Shown one piece after another: positions 48,572 to 58,834 of a stretch of 64,000 bases of DNA; the first letter of the stretch is position 1, and every line of letters begins with the position of its first letter. A model generated the notes under the pieces. The model was not told the origin of the DNA, made no database searches, and saw only the letters and a program-made list of their open reading frames with translations. The DNA comes from Phycisphaerae bacterium (GTDB lineage Bacteria > Planctomycetota > Phycisphaerae > UBA1845 > Fen-1342): NCBI GenBank assembly GCA_050115495.1, contig JASFQK010000004.1, positions 1 through 64,000 of the forward strand, written 5' to 3'. A program made the translations under genes and the position numbers.

Positions 48572-51500
48572 TCAAGTTGCGCCGCCCGGGCGGGCCCGCT
48601 TGAGGATGACCGCCCGCGAGCTGCGCCCGTTGATGCGGGTTTCCAGCGGCTCAGCCAGGCGCACGTGGCGCACGAACGTTCCCTCCTGCTGAGCCGGCTG
48701 CGCCGCCAGCCAGTCCCAATCGACGTGGCCACGCTCCGTGCGCGGGTCGACGGTCAGGTAGGCAATGCCGAAGGAGACGAGGTTCTGGAAGAAGTGGCTG
48801 CCCTGCGACGGGTCGACAGCGAAGTTCGACAGCGTCGTCTCCACGATCACGCGGGCGGCCGAGATCTGCCCCCAGCCCACCGGTATGCCCAGCGTCGGCG
48901 TCGACGAACCCCAGCGCCCCGGACCGATCAGCACGTACGGGCAGTTCTCGGTCAGCAGGGTGTCGTTCAGCGTGCCGATCTCGGCGGCGATCTCGCGTGT
49001 GCGCGTGGCGTCGAAGCGCTCCGGCCGCACGTAGACGACGTCGCGCACGCTGCGGATCACGCCGTTGCCCAGGGCCCGCGGGCTGCAACAGAGGATGTCC
49101 TCCGCGGCACAGTTGCCCAGGTCGACCTGCTCGCTGTCATCGTCGCCGCGAACCGACGGCCGCACCTGGAGAATGGCGAACTCGCGTGGCTGCGTGTCGA
49201 GGTTGACGGCGAACTCCATCTCCACCGGGCGGTTCATGCCCGACTGGGACATTTGCAGCAGCCGCCGCAGAATCGCCGCCAGCGGGAACAGGTCGGACTT
49301 CAGCACGTGGGCGAAGCTCACCACCCGCAGGCCCGGACGGCAGATGCCGTCGTACAGAGCCTGGTTCTCCGGCGACCACACCGAAGCGAGCGGCGCCAGC
49401 GTGCCGTGGCGTTCGGCGTCCTCGAGTTCGAGGCTGACCAGAGCCTGGTCGGGATCGACCGTGGGGCCGCGCTCCGGCTCGCGCAGGTCGACGGCGTAGA
49501 ACGTGCGCTGCGATTCGTCGAGGAACGCCTTACCGCCGGAGAGCTGCGGCAGCACCTGGGGATGGGTGGGGCAGAAGCGCAGGCTCTTGCCGCCGTCGAC
49601 GACGGTCTTGCCCAAGCCGAGGGCGACGAGGGCCACGCCGTCTTCCGGCTGCATATGTCCGAACGTGTAGAAGTTGTACGAGCGGGCCACGCCGGCGCAG
49701 CTTGGGTAGAAGCAGTTCTCGTGCCGCGTGCCGACGACCGGCTGGAGCACGACGGCCATCTTCTCTTCTTCGATGCGGTGCGGCGTGACCGCCAGGTAGC
49801 GGCGGGCCGAGGCGAAGAAGGTCGAGGCGTAGACCAGCTTGATCGCGTCGCACAACTGGGCCAGGCGGATGCGATGATCCGCGTGGGCGTTGGGGATCAT
49901 GTGCGTGGCGTAGGTGCCGGCGAAGGGGTGGTATTGCGAATCCTCGAGCAGGCTCGACGAGCGCACCGCGATCGGGCCGCGGACGCGATCGATGAAGACC
50001 TGGAGGTCGCGGATCACCGCCTCGGGCAGCTTCGCTGTGAGGAAGGCCCAGGTGAGCCACTCATCGTTGGCCGTGCGCAGGGCGACCATCCGCAGGCGGT
50101 TGGCGTCGAGGAACTCGTCGAAGACGTCGGTGCCGATGACGACCGAGTTCGGTACGTGCACGTCGACGCCGGGGAAGTCGCGTTCGAGCTCGGTGCCGGC
50201 CAGCAGGGCGTCGACGAAGCCGAGGCCGCGGGCCTTGCCGCCGAGCGAGCCGCCGCCGATGCGGGCGAAGCGGCTGGCGGCGTCGAACCGCTCGCGGGAG
50301 AAATCCTCGACCATGCCGCGGCGGTTCGTCCGCAGGGCCTGGCTGAAGGCGTTCATGAGGTAGCGGCGGATCGACTCGATGTCGCGGAAGTCGGACACGC
50401 GTCGCGGTCGCAGTCGCCGGGCCAGAGCAAACTCGGTGCGGGCCCGCAGCCAGTTGGAGAAGTGATTCCGGCGGGCGTGGTAATCGAGCGATTCGACGGG
50501 TACCTGGGCCAGTACGTGGGCCATCGTTCGCAGGTCGCCGGCCCGGCCGACCTCGCGGCCGTCGGGCAGACGGAAGACGAAATCGCCGAAGCCGAAGTTG
50601 TTCAGCATGAAGTGGCGGACGTCTTCGAGCAGCGTCGCCGAACGCTTGTGCAGAAACTGGGCGCCGATGGCTTCGGCCAGGGCCCGGTTGGCCGGGTCGG
50701 ATGATTGCAGCAGGGCGGGTGTATCCGGGGCGTCGGCCTTCACCCGGCGGATGAAGTCGATGCCGGCATGTGGGTCCTGCCGGCCGCCGCGCGGGAAGCT
50801 CACGTCGGCGATGACGCCGAAGAGGTGCCGGCCGAAACGCTCGTAGAGGCGGATGCCCTCGTCATAGGTCTCGGCGACGAGGATCTTCGGGCGGGCCCGC
50901 ATGCGCAGCAGCTTGTGCATGCGGTTGATGCCGTCGGCCATCACGGCCCGCGTCTGCTTGACCAGTTCGGCGTACATGATCGGCAGCAGCGACGAGCGGA
51001 AACGGACGGAGTCCTCGACCAGGATGATCACGCCGACGTCGGCCAGGCGGGCGTCCTCCTCGGCGTTCCAGCGGTCTTCGAGGCACTTGATGATGGCCAG
51101 GAAGACCTTGGTGTCGCCGTGCCAGACGTAGACACCGTCGACATCGAGTTGGTGGCGCTGCTCGGTGACCCGGGTCAGCTCCCAGTTGCTGGCGATCAGC
51201 AGCACGATCGGCAGTTCGTGGTTGACCTGCCGCAGCTCCCGGCTGAAGCGGAAGACGTCCATGTCCCCCAGGCGGAGCATGGTGATGACCAGGTCGAAGT
51301 GCTGCGTGCGGACGGCGGCCAGGGCCTCTTCGCCGGTCGAGACGCGCGTGACGTTCGGGGCGTGGGTCAGGCCGAGGTCAGCGTAGTCGGTGTAGATGGC
51401 CTCGGTGAGCAGGCCGTCCTCTTCGAGGCTGAAGGCGTCGTAGGCGCTGGAGACCAGCAGGATCTCCTCGACGCGGCGGCGCATCAGGTGGGGGAACCGT

Positions 51501-51580
51501 TTCAGCCGCCAGTCCTGCCAGGCAGTGGCGGAATCACGGCGGGGCTTGCCCTCGGTTACTGCTTCGTTGGGTTGGCTCAT
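48572..51580 (-). CDS. PEP/pyruvate-binding (PPDK N-terminal type) domain protein with receiver-like N-terminus
   Basis: GGKARGL, AVRSSSLLED, FAG, EEKMAV, ALGLGKTVV, EMEFA, PSQGSHFF. Confidence 0.85.
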   Translation of the reverse strand: MSQPNEAVTEGKPRRDSATAWQDWRLKRFPHLMRRRVEEILLVSSAYDAFSLEEDGLLTEAIYTDYADLGLTHAPNVTRVSTGEEALAAVRTQHFDLVITMLRLGDMDVFRFSRELRQVNHELPIVLLIASNWELTRVTEQRHQLDVDGVYVWHGDTKVFLAIIKCLEDRWNAEEDARLADVGVIILVEDSVRFRSSLLPIMYAELVKQTRAVMADGINRMHKLLRMRARPKILVAETYDEGIRLYERFGRHLFGVIADVSFPRGGRQDPHAGIDFIRRVKADAPDTPALLQSSDPANRALAEAIGAQFLHKRSATLLEDVRHFMLNNFGFGDFVFRLPDGREVGRAGDLRTMAHVLAQVPVESLDYHARRNHFSNWLRARTEFALARRLRPRRVSDFRDIESIRRYLMNAFSQALRTNRRGMVEDFSRERFDAASRFARIGGGSLGGKARGLGFVDALLAGTELERDFPGVDVHVPNSVVIGTDVFDEFLDANRLRMVALRTANDEWLTWAFLTAKLPEAVIRDLQVFIDRVRGPIAVRSSSLLEDSQYHPFAGTYATHMIPNAHADHRIRLAQLCDAIKLVYASTFFASARRYLAVTPHRIEEEKMAVVLQPVVGTRHENCFYPSCAGVARSYNFYTFGHMQPEDGVALVALGLGKTVVDGGKSLRFCPTHPQVLPQLSGGKAFLDESQRTFYAVDLREPERGPTVDPDQALVSLELEDAERHGTLAPLASVWSPENQALYDGICRPGLRVVSFAHVLKSDLFPLAAILRRLLQMSQSGMNRPVEMEFAVNLDTQPREFAILQVRPSVRGDDDSEQVDLGNCAAEDILCCSPRALGNGVIRSVRDVVYVRPERFDATRTREIAAEIGTLNDTLLTENCPYVLIGPGRWGSSTPTLGIPVGWGQISAARVIVETTLSNFAVDPSQGSHFFQNLVSFGIAYLTVDPRTERGHVDWDWLAAQPAQQEGTFVRHVRLAEPLETRINGRSSRAVILKRARPGGAT

Positions 51581-51865
51581 CCGTGCCGAAACCTGCACAC
51601 CGGGCTGCGTCGCCAGCCGACGGGGACCTCCCGCCGGCCACGAGCCGAACAATCCCTCATCATAGCCCCGCCTCACGCCCGTGAAAACGCCTCGCTGTCC
51701 GAGCCGCGACCGGCAGGGAACGGTCTTTCGGGGTGCGGTGGTGCTGCGCGGGCGACCCGTCGCTGCCGCTCGGGGCTCGGACAGATGGCGTGTCGGCGGG
51801 CGTTCCGTAGCGTCGGCCCCCCGTGGCCGACGTCGATCGCCGGGAAACGTACGTTTGAAGGGCAG

Positions 51866-52498
51866 CTACCGGCTTGCCCAGAGCAGACTGCGGCGGACGA
51901 TCTCGCGGGCGGCCGGGACATTGAAATCGTGCCACGTGTGCCCGAACGACGCATAGGCCACGCGGCCCTGGCCGTAGCGGCGCGTCCACACGGCCGGCAT
52001 GACCGTGCCGTCGGGAAACGTCGTCGTGGCCAGCACGTGATTCGCCGGATCGACGTGCATGTAATACTGCTCGCTGTCCGGGATGTCGAAATCGTCCAGG
52101 TCGCGCGTGATGGGGTGCTCGCGGTCGACGAGGTTGATGGTGTAGCTGGGCTGGATACCGCCGGGATGGGCCACGAACTGCCCGCCGGTCATGAACTGGT
52201 ACTCGGTGTTCCGGCGGAACGCGTCGCCCGCCGTTCCGTGCCAGCCGGCCAAGCCGGTGCCGGCGGCGACGGCGGCGCAGAGGGCCTGCTCCTGCTCCCC
52301 GGTGAGGTCGCCGCACGTCCAGACCGGCACGATCAGGTCGAGCGTGCGCAGCTTCTCGGCGTCGGCGAGGACCTCGAGCTGATCGGTCACGCCGACGTTG
52401 TAGCCCTGGCCGCTCAGCCAGGGGGCGAACACGTCCGTGCTTTCGCGGGGCGTGTGGCCGTCCCATCCGCCCCAGACGAACAATGCTCGTTTTGCCAT
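51866..52498 (-). CDS. ThuA domain protein
   Basis: WGGWDGH, GLAGWHG, GGQFVAHP, EQYY, YGQGRVAY. Confidence 0.88.
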   Translation of the reverse strand: MAKRALFVWGGWDGHTPRESTDVFAPWLSGQGYNVGVTDQLEVLADAEKLRTLDLIVPVWTCGDLTGEQEQALCAAVAAGTGLAGWHGTAGDAFRRNTEYQFMTGGQFVAHPGGIQPSYTINLVDREHPITRDLDDFDIPDSEQYYMHVDPANHVLATTTFPDGTVMPAVWTRRYGQGRVAYASFGHTWHDFNVPAAREIVRRSLLWASR

Positions 52499-52544
52499 GT
52501 CGTTCGCGATCTCCGGGTCGGGCCCGTTGCGGGTCCGCCGCCTG

Positions 52545-53663
52545 CTACGCCGATCGCTTCATCGCCGCCCGCTTGCTCTCCAGGTCGGCCAGCAGGGCGT
52601 CGAAGGAAGCGTTGAACGCCTTGACGCCGTCCTCGAGCAGGACGGCGGTGATCCAGTCCATGTCCACCTTGAGGCCGGCGAACTCGTCCATCACCGCCTG
52701 GGCGCGGGCCAGGTCGCGCTCGATGGTCTGAGCGGCCACGCCGTGGTCGCGCAGGGCGTCGAGCGTCTGCGGCGGGAGCGTGTTCACCGTGTACATGCCG
52801 ATCAGCGGATCGACGTACTTGGTGTCCGGGTAGGCGGGGTCCTTGGTGCTCGTGCTGGCCCACAGCGGGCGCTGCGGCCGGGCACCCTTGGAGCGCAGCT
52901 CCTCGAAGACGCCCGTCGTGAACACCGACTTGAACCGCGAATAGGCCAGCTTGGCGTTTGCGACCGCGGCCAGACCGAGCAGCGGCTCGAGGTGCTTCTC
53001 GCCGTGCTCCATGCGGTGCAGCAGCACCTTGTCGGTCAGCGTGTCCACGCGGCTGATGAAGAACGAGGCGACGGAGGACACGAGCCCCAGCGGCTTGCCG
53101 CACTTCTCGTAGAGCCGCAGCCCGTCGAGGTAGGCCCGCATGACGCGGTCGTACATGCTCAGGGCGAAGATGAGCGTGACGTTGACGTTGATCCCCTCGC
53201 CGATCAGCGTGGTGACTGCCGGCAGGCCGGCGTCGGTGGCCGGCACCTTGATCATGACGTTCGGGCGTTCGATGGTCCGGAAGAGCCGGCGGGCCTGCTC
53301 TATCGTTCCGTCGGTGTCGTCGGCGAGCTTGGGGCTCACCTCGATGCTGACGTAGCCGTCGCGGCCGTGCGTTTCATTGTAGACGGACCGGAGCACGTCC
53401 GCGGCGTCGCGAATGTCCCGCAGGACGAGCGTCTCGTAGATCTCCTCGGTTGAGCGGCCCTCGAGGGCCAGCCGGCGGATCTCGGCGTCGTAATCACTGC
53501 TACCGGTGATCGCCTTGTGAAAGATGGACGGGTTCGACGTCACCCCCGAGATGCCCTGCTCGACCAGGGCTTGCAGCCGACCGGAGTCGATCAGCTCGCG
53601 GCTGATGTAGTCCAGCCAGATGGCCTGGCCAAGGGCGGTCAGTTGCTTGATGCGATTCGTCAT
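52545..53663 (-). CDS. tal: Transaldolase
   Basis: IWLD, GVTSNPSIF, VSIEVSP, MIKVPAT, NVTLIF, ASFFISRVD, RPLWAST. Confidence 0.95.
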   Translation of the reverse strand: MTNRIKQLTALGQAIWLDYISRELIDSGRLQALVEQGISGVTSNPSIFHKAITGSSDYDAEIRRLALEGRSTEEIYETLVLRDIRDAADVLRSVYNETHGRDGYVSIEVSPKLADDTDGTIEQARRLFRTIERPNVMIKVPATDAGLPAVTTLIGEGINVNVTLIFALSMYDRVMRAYLDGLRLYEKCGKPLGLVSSVASFFISRVDTLTDKVLLHRMEHGEKHLEPLLGLAAVANAKLAYSRFKSVFTTGVFEELRSKGARPQRPLWASTSTKDPAYPDTKYVDPLIGMYTVNTLPPQTLDALRDHGVAAQTIERDLARAQAVMDEFAGLKVDMDWITAVLLEDGVKAFNASFDALLADLESKRAAMKRSA

Positions 53664-53824
53664 GAGTGGGCGTTCCTGAGAAAACGACTACGTACTTCCC
53701 ACGACGCGGTGGGCGGGAAAAATAACCCGTCGCCCCGTCTGTTGCCAGCGAACCGCCGGGCCCGGCGGGGGTCGCGAACAGTCCAGGCAGTCTACGCGAC
53801 CGGCCCGCCGAACGCCACTCCGCG

Positions 53825-54334
53825 CTACGGCGAGCGGCCGGGGTCCAGGTCCGCGGCGAGGTCCTCCGCCTCCCGGCGCGAGAGGTGGGCGATGATGCGA
53901 ATCTCGCCGCTATTATCCGGACCCCAAATGCGCGCGGCACAGAGGAAACGGTCGCCGGCGAAGATGGCCAGGTAGCGGCCGGCGTACTGCTGCGTGAGCC
54001 GCGTCAGGTGCTCCGCGCCGATGGCGTTCAGCCGGACCTGCACGATGCTCCGCTTGTCGCTGTGCAGCGCGAGGGCGCTGGCCACGTCGGCCTGATCGAG
54101 CTCAACAATCGGAGAAACGTAGACCGTTTGTCCGAGACGGTCGGTCATCCTCGGCCAGTCGGGCTGCTCTGCCTCGCTGGCTAGGTACACGCGCAGGGCG
54201 GCCGGTTTGCGGTTGGCTTCGCGCTGGGGGACGACGGCGTTGTCCCGCACGCAGCCTGCTGCTGCCAGCCCCAAACAGGCGGCGAGCAGGCCGAACAGCC
54301 GGAGTCGTCGGCGATGCTCAATCGTTCTGCTCAT
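53825..54334 (-). CDS. Lipoprotein resembling the SecD/SecF periplasmic head subdomain
   Basis: AAAGC lipobox; VQVRLNAIGAEHLTRLT...GRYLAI...ARI. Confidence 0.65.
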   Translation of the reverse strand: MSRTIEHRRRLRLFGLLAACLGLAAAGCVRDNAVVPQREANRKPAALRVYLASEAEQPDWPRMTDRLGQTVYVSPIVELDQADVASALALHSDKRSIVQVRLNAIGAEHLTRLTQQYAGRYLAIFAGDRFLCAARIWGPDNSGEIRIIAHLSRREAEDLAADLDPGRSP

Positions 54335-55586
54335 GATGGCCTCGGTCGACGAGCAGCGTGGCCAGACGGGCCAGCGCCGCTTCACGAGTGGTCAGCACTT
54401 CGCCCAACTGCTCGGTGTACAAGGTTTCGAGCAGGTCGCCGTAAATCGGTCCTGGCGGAATGCCGCGCGCCGTGAGATCGTCGCCGGTGACGAGCGGGGC
54501 CGGGCTAATCGCCTCCGAAGGGATAGCGGCGATGCGTGTCGCGAGGGCGGCCTGTCGCTGCGGGCCGTCCGGCAGGTCGCCATAGCGGGCCTCGGCGAAC
54601 TGCCGCAATGCCGGAAACGCCGGATCGGCCAACAGCCGCTTGAAGTCGGCGAGCGTCGGGGCGTCGGCGTCGTCCAGGTTTGCGTGGTGCTGAACCAGCC
54701 AGGCGATGGTGTCGCGTTGCCGGTTCGCCAGGGCCAGCAGGGGGCCGAGGTCGCGGACTTCGCGGTGGTCGCGGTCGGCCAGCAGGACGGCCAGGGCGAG
54801 CTCGAAGCCGGCGTCGGCGGGCAGGCGTTCGAGCAGCGTCTGGGCACGGTCCAGATGCTCTTCGTGCCACGTGGCCCCGGCCCATAGGTATGGCAGCAAC
54901 CCCGTCTCACGCAGCAGCCGCAGCGCCCGCGCTCGTCGCCGGTTACCGAGGGCCTTCTCCAGCTCTTCGCGGATTCGTTCGGCGGCGACGGCGGTCAGTC
55001 GGTCGGCGTGCTCGCGAATCGCTGCCAGCGTGGCCGGCTCGATCGTGAAGTCCAGCCGAGCGGCGAAGCGCACCGCCCGCAGGAGCCGAAGCTGGTCCTC
55101 GTCAAAGCGAGCCACGGGATCGCCGATGGCGCGAATCAGCCCGGCCTGAAGGTCGGCCCGGCCGCCGACGTGGTCGATCACCTGCCGGCTGAGCGGGTCG
55201 AGGAACATGCCATTGACGGTGAAGTCTCGGCGGCGGGCGTCCTCGCGCGCGTTCGTGAACTCGACGTGCGCGGGGTGGCGGCCGTCGAGGTAGGGGCCAT
55301 CGGTGCGGAACGTGGCGACCTCGATCCATCGGCGGCGCTGGCGGACGAGCACCACGCCGAACTGGGCACCCACAAGGCGCGTCGGGCGGAAGAGGGCCTG
55401 AACGCGTTTCGGCGGGGCGTCGGTGGCCACGTCGTAGTCGTTCGGTTCATCGCCGCGCAGCAGGTCGCGCACGCAGCCGCCGGCCAGCAGGGCGACATGG
55501 CCGGCGTCGACCAGCCGCCGCACGATGGCGACGGCGGGCTGGGCCGCGGTGGGCAGTTCGGTGGTCAGCGGAAACGAATCGGACAT
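54318..55586 (-). CDS. CCA-adding/poly(A) polymerase family tRNA nucleotidyltransferase
   Basis: GGCVRDLL, DYDVAT, EVATFR, RRDFTVN, FDEDQLRLLRAVRF, ERIREEL. Confidence 0.93.
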   Translation of the reverse strand: MSDSFPLTTELPTAAQPAVAIVRRLVDAGHVALLAGGCVRDLLRGDEPNDYDVATDAPPKRVQALFRPTRLVGAQFGVVLVRQRRRWIEVATFRTDGPYLDGRHPAHVEFTNAREDARRRDFTVNGMFLDPLSRQVIDHVGGRADLQAGLIRAIGDPVARFDEDQLRLLRAVRFAARLDFTIEPATLAAIREHADRLTAVAAERIREELEKALGNRRRARALRLLRETGLLPYLWAGATWHEEHLDRAQTLLERLPADAGFELALAVLLADRDHREVRDLGPLLALANRQRDTIAWLVQHHANLDDADAPTLADFKRLLADPAFPALRQFAEARYGDLPDGPQRQAALATRIAAIPSEAISPAPLVTGDDLTARGIPPGPIYGDLLETLYTEQLGEVLTTREAALARLATLLVDRGHHEQND

Positions 55587-55793
55587 ATCGAGCATGATAC
55601 CGCGCATGCACTTCGGCGACGGCAGGTTGCGGGCGGTCCCTCCACTTGCTGGGCGGGTTTGGCCCGCCGATTGTCCGCTGCGCGACGGTTGTCTCAGCGC
55701 TGGACTGGCGCCGGCTCCGCGAAAAACGACGCGGCGGGCTGAGCCCGCCCTACCTCAGCTTCGGCTGCTCAGCGTTGTTCCGTGGAGACCCAT

Positions 55794-55824
55794 AAGAAAC
55801 GGCCGGGCCGCGTGGCCCGGCCGT
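55794..55824 (-). terminator. Intrinsic terminator after rpsG
   Basis: ACGGCCGGGCC-N4-GGCCCGGCCGT followed on the minus strand by TTCTT. Confidence 0.7.
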
Positions 55825-55845
55825 GGAATTCTGACGGCGAGGGGC

Positions 55846-56328
55846 TTAGCGGCCCCAGGCGAAGTGGGCGAAGGCCTTGTTGGCGTCGGCCATGCGGTGC
55901 ACTTCCTCGCGCTTCTTCATGGCTTCGCCTTCGTTGTTGTAGGCGGCGAGCAGTTCAGCCGCGAGATGCTCGGCCATGGGGCGGCCGGTCTTCTTGCGGG
56001 TGACCGCCAGGAGCCAGCGGATGGCCAGCGACTGACGCCGCTTGGGGTTCACCTGCATGGGGACCTGGTAGTTGGCACCGCCGACGCGCTTGGAGCGCAC
56101 CTCGATGTTCGGCTTGAGGTTTTCGAGGGCTCGCTCGAACACCTCGATGGGCGGGACGTCCTTGATCTTCTTGGCAATGCTGTCCATGGCATCGTAGAAG
56201 ATGCGATGGGCCACGGACTTCTTGCCGTCCCACATCATCGAGTTGATGAACTTGGTGGCCAGCTTGCTGCCGTAGCGCGGGTCACCGATCTGCTGCTTCG
56301 CCGAAGCCGTGAAACTCTTGTACGCCAT
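55846..56328 (-). CDS. rpsG: 30S ribosomal protein S7
   Basis: [35 protein letters not shown]. Confidence 0.99.
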   Translation of the reverse strand: MAYKSFTASAKQQIGDPRYGSKLATKFINSMMWDGKKSVAHRIFYDAMDSIAKKIKDVPPIEVFERALENLKPNIEVRSKRVGGANYQVPMQVNPKRRQSLAIRWLLAVTRKKTGRPMAEHLAAELLAAYNNEGEAMKKREEVHRMADANKAFAHFAWGR

Positions 56329-56375
56329 TGCTCACCCGAATAGTCCGGACGCGCCTCGCGACCACACGAACCGTG

Positions 56376-56768
56376 TTATTTCTTCTTGCGCTTGACGCCG
56401 TACTTGCTGCGGCCGCGGTTGCGGAGCTTGCCTTCCTTGTCGTTACCGACACTGGCGCAGTCCAGCTTGCCGCGAACGATGTGATAGCGCACGCCCGGGA
56501 GATCCCGTACACGCCCGCCGCGAATGAGCACAATCGAGTGCTCCTGGAGGTTGTGGTCCACGCCGGGGATATAGGCGGTGACCTCACGCCCGTTGGTCAG
56601 CCGCACACGGGCCACCTTGCGGAGGGCCGAGTTGGGCTTCTTGGGCGTCTGGGTCTTGACCTGGAGGCAGACGCCGCGCCGCTGGGGGCAACGTTCCAGG
56701 TCGCGGACCTTCGACTTCTTCGGCGCGGTCCGGCGTGGATGACGGACAAGCTGATTCACGGTGGGCAT
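56376..56768 (-). CDS. rpsL: 30S ribosomal protein S12
   Basis: [31 protein letters not shown]. Confidence 0.99.
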   Translation of the reverse strand: MPTVNQLVRHPRRTAPKKSKVRDLERCPQRRGVCLQVKTQTPKKPNSALRKVARVRLTNGREVTAYIPGVDHNLQEHSIVLIRGGRVRDLPGVRYHIVRGKLDCASVGNDKEGKLRNRGRSKYGVKRKKK

Positions 56769-56864
56769 AGCGTACGCCTACTCCTGAGAACCTTTCGTTC
56801 CCTGATGGCCATGACGAGCCGACGAGCCCCCCAGTATACCGAAAGCCACCCCGGTGCCAAGCCC

Positions 56865-57284
56865 CTACGCAGGTAAAAGCGAGGCGGGCTCGCCCGGCAG
56901 CTCGAGCCACGCCCCGCCGAACTGCCGCGGCACGTGCAACGCCGGCGGCGGACTGGCGAGTTGGTCGACCCAGATCAGGACGGCGTAGCGGCAGTGCCGA
57001 CGGGCCCGCCAATACGCCGGTGGGGCACAGATCGCCTGATTGTATTGACGTTGAAGAGCATGGACGCGCTGCGGGGTGAGGCAGTCGAAGTGGCGGACGT
57101 GCTTGACGTGAGCGGTTCCGATAACACTCCCGCCGCTCAGCTTGAAGTGGACCGCGTCGCCCACGTCGATCCGCCCGAAGGGCAGGCGCCGGCTGCGGGA
57201 CAGGCGCGATTCGATCCGCTTCCGGCCGCTGAGGAGCTGGCCGGCGGCGATGGCGTCGATGATGGCCACGTGCTGTCGAGTCAC
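56865..57284 (-). CDS. ASCH domain protein
   Basis: LLSGRKRIESR (GxKxxExR), VGDAVHFK. Confidence 0.75.
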   Translation of the reverse strand: MTRQHVAIIDAIAAGQLLSGRKRIESRLSRSRRLPFGRIDVGDAVHFKLSGGSVIGTAHVKHVRHFDCLTPQRVHALQRQYNQAICAPPAYWRARRHCRYAVLIWVDQLASPPPALHVPRQFGGAWLELPGEPASLLPA

Positions 57285-57382
57285 GGAAGTGCTGTTCTCG
57301 TCACGGGTTGCGCGCGTTCGCCCAGCCTATCGGCTCGCAGCGGACCGGGGATTCGCCCGGGAATGTGGTGGCGGATCGGTCG

Positions 57383-57778
57383 TTACTTCGATGGGGCGCT
57401 GGGGTGGTCGAGGTGCGCGGTGATCGCCGCACGGGCCTTCGGCACGTCCGGACACGTGACGATCAGCCGGTCGATACGGGTGACGCGCAAGACCTGGGCG
57501 ACGGAGGGCCGCGGGGCGGCCAGGCAGAGCATGCCGCCCAGCTCGCGGCAGTGGCGGTGAATCTCGATGAACGCGCCGAGCCCCTCGGAGTTGATGAAGG
57601 TCAGCCCGGACAGGTCGAGGACCAGCCGGGACGCCGACTCCGAGACTTCCTGGAGTTTACGGATCAGTTCAGAGGCGAGTTCGGCGCCGGCGGAACCGCT
57701 CACGGCGGCGATGCGTACGCCCGTCTCGTCGCGGACACGGACGTCGATGCTGTCGGGAGCAGGCGTGGGGTCGCTCAC
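57383..57778 (-). CDS. STAS domain anti-sigma factor antagonist
   Basis: LVLDLSGLTFINSEGLG. Confidence 0.9.
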   Translation of the reverse strand: MSDPTPAPDSIDVRVRDETGVRIAAVSGSAGAELASELIRKLQEVSESASRLVLDLSGLTFINSEGLGAFIEIHRHCRELGGMLCLAAPRPSVAQVLRVTRIDRLIVTCPDVPKARAAITAHLDHPSAPSK

Positions 57779-58221
57779 GGGGCGGCTCCCGTGCGCTCCT
57801 TCAACAGCCAGACCTCGTTGCCGGCCTTGTTGAAGCGCACCTTGGTCATGTAGGACTGCATCAGCATGATGCCGCGGCCGTTGGGGCGTTCGAGGTTCTC
57901 CTCGGCGGTCGGATCGGGCACCAGGTCCGGGCAGAAACCGGAGCCCTCATCGCGGATGGCGACGACGGCACGCTGCGGATCGATGCTGTAGCGGATCGTG
58001 ATGTGCTTGCGGCCGTCGTTGCAGTTGCCGTGTTTGACGGCGTTAGTGAGGGCTTCCTCCAGGGCGAGCTTGATGCCGAAGATGGTGTCCTCGTCATAGC
58101 CGCATTGGAGCAGTCTGGTGAGAATCTGCCGCTCGGGGACTTTGGCGGCGTGCAGATCATTGGGGACGACGACCTTGACCAGGGCCGACTCGTCCACGCC
58201 GAAGTCCGGAGGGGCTTTCAT
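57775..58221 (-). CDS. RsbW/SpoIIAB-like anti-sigma factor kinase
   Basis: EEALTNAVKHGN, DEGSGF, GRGIMLM. Confidence 0.92.
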   Translation of the reverse strand: MKAPPDFGVDESALVKVVVPNDLHAAKVPERQILTRLLQCGYDEDTIFGIKLALEEALTNAVKHGNCNDGRKHITIRYSIDPQRAVVAIRDEGSGFCPDLVPDPTAEENLERPNGRGIMLMQSYMTKVRFNKAGNEVWLLKERTGAAP

Positions 58222-58264
58222 GGGCGTACCATGCGCCGTTGCATTCGGCTGCCGAGGCTCGCGG

Positions 58265-58630
58265 CTAGGCCCGGCCGAAGCCGGACAGAGCCTGCTCGGC
58301 GGAATCGTGAATCTCGAAGACGCGGTTGAGCTTGGTGATCTTGAAGACTTCGAAGATCTGCCGGTTGATGTCGGACAGCTTCAGCGCTCCGTGCTGCTCC
58401 TGGACGCGGCGGTTGAGCGTGATGAGCATGCCCAGGGCGGCACTGGAGAGGTGGTCGACGTTCCGGAAGTTCAGCAGGAGCTTGATTCCCGGTTCGGCCT
58501 CGACCAGACCGGCCAGCTCATCGCCGATCTCCTGGATCGATAACTCTTCCAGGATCTTGCGGTCGGCGAACTCGACGATGGCGATGCCGTCGGTACGCTT
58601 GATTTTCAGGTGGGACGAGGGCTGTTCCAT
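58265..58630 (-). CDS. STAS domain anti-sigma factor antagonist
   Basis: LLLNFRNVDHLSSAALG, FEVFKITKL; GGAGG RBS. Confidence 0.9.
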   Translation of the reverse strand: MEQPSSHLKIKRTDGIAIVEFADRKILEELSIQEIGDELAGLVEAEPGIKLLLNFRNVDHLSSAALGMLITLNRRVQEQHGALKLSDINRQIFEVFKITKLNRVFEIHDSAEQALSGFGRA

Positions 58631-58834
58631 GGGCCACGCTACCTCCAGGCCAGTCGGGCCAAGCGCACCGCCGCCGGCCTTCAAACGGATCATTCGTCCT
58701 GTACCGCCTGCGCGAGGGATTCTCTTCGCGCTAACAGGCAGTGTCAACCTCCGGTTCTCGCGAGGGAGACCTCTGGGCGCTATCGGCATCTTTCGGGGCC
58801 GACCCTTTGGCGCCGGGGTGGGAAACGGGTTAAC

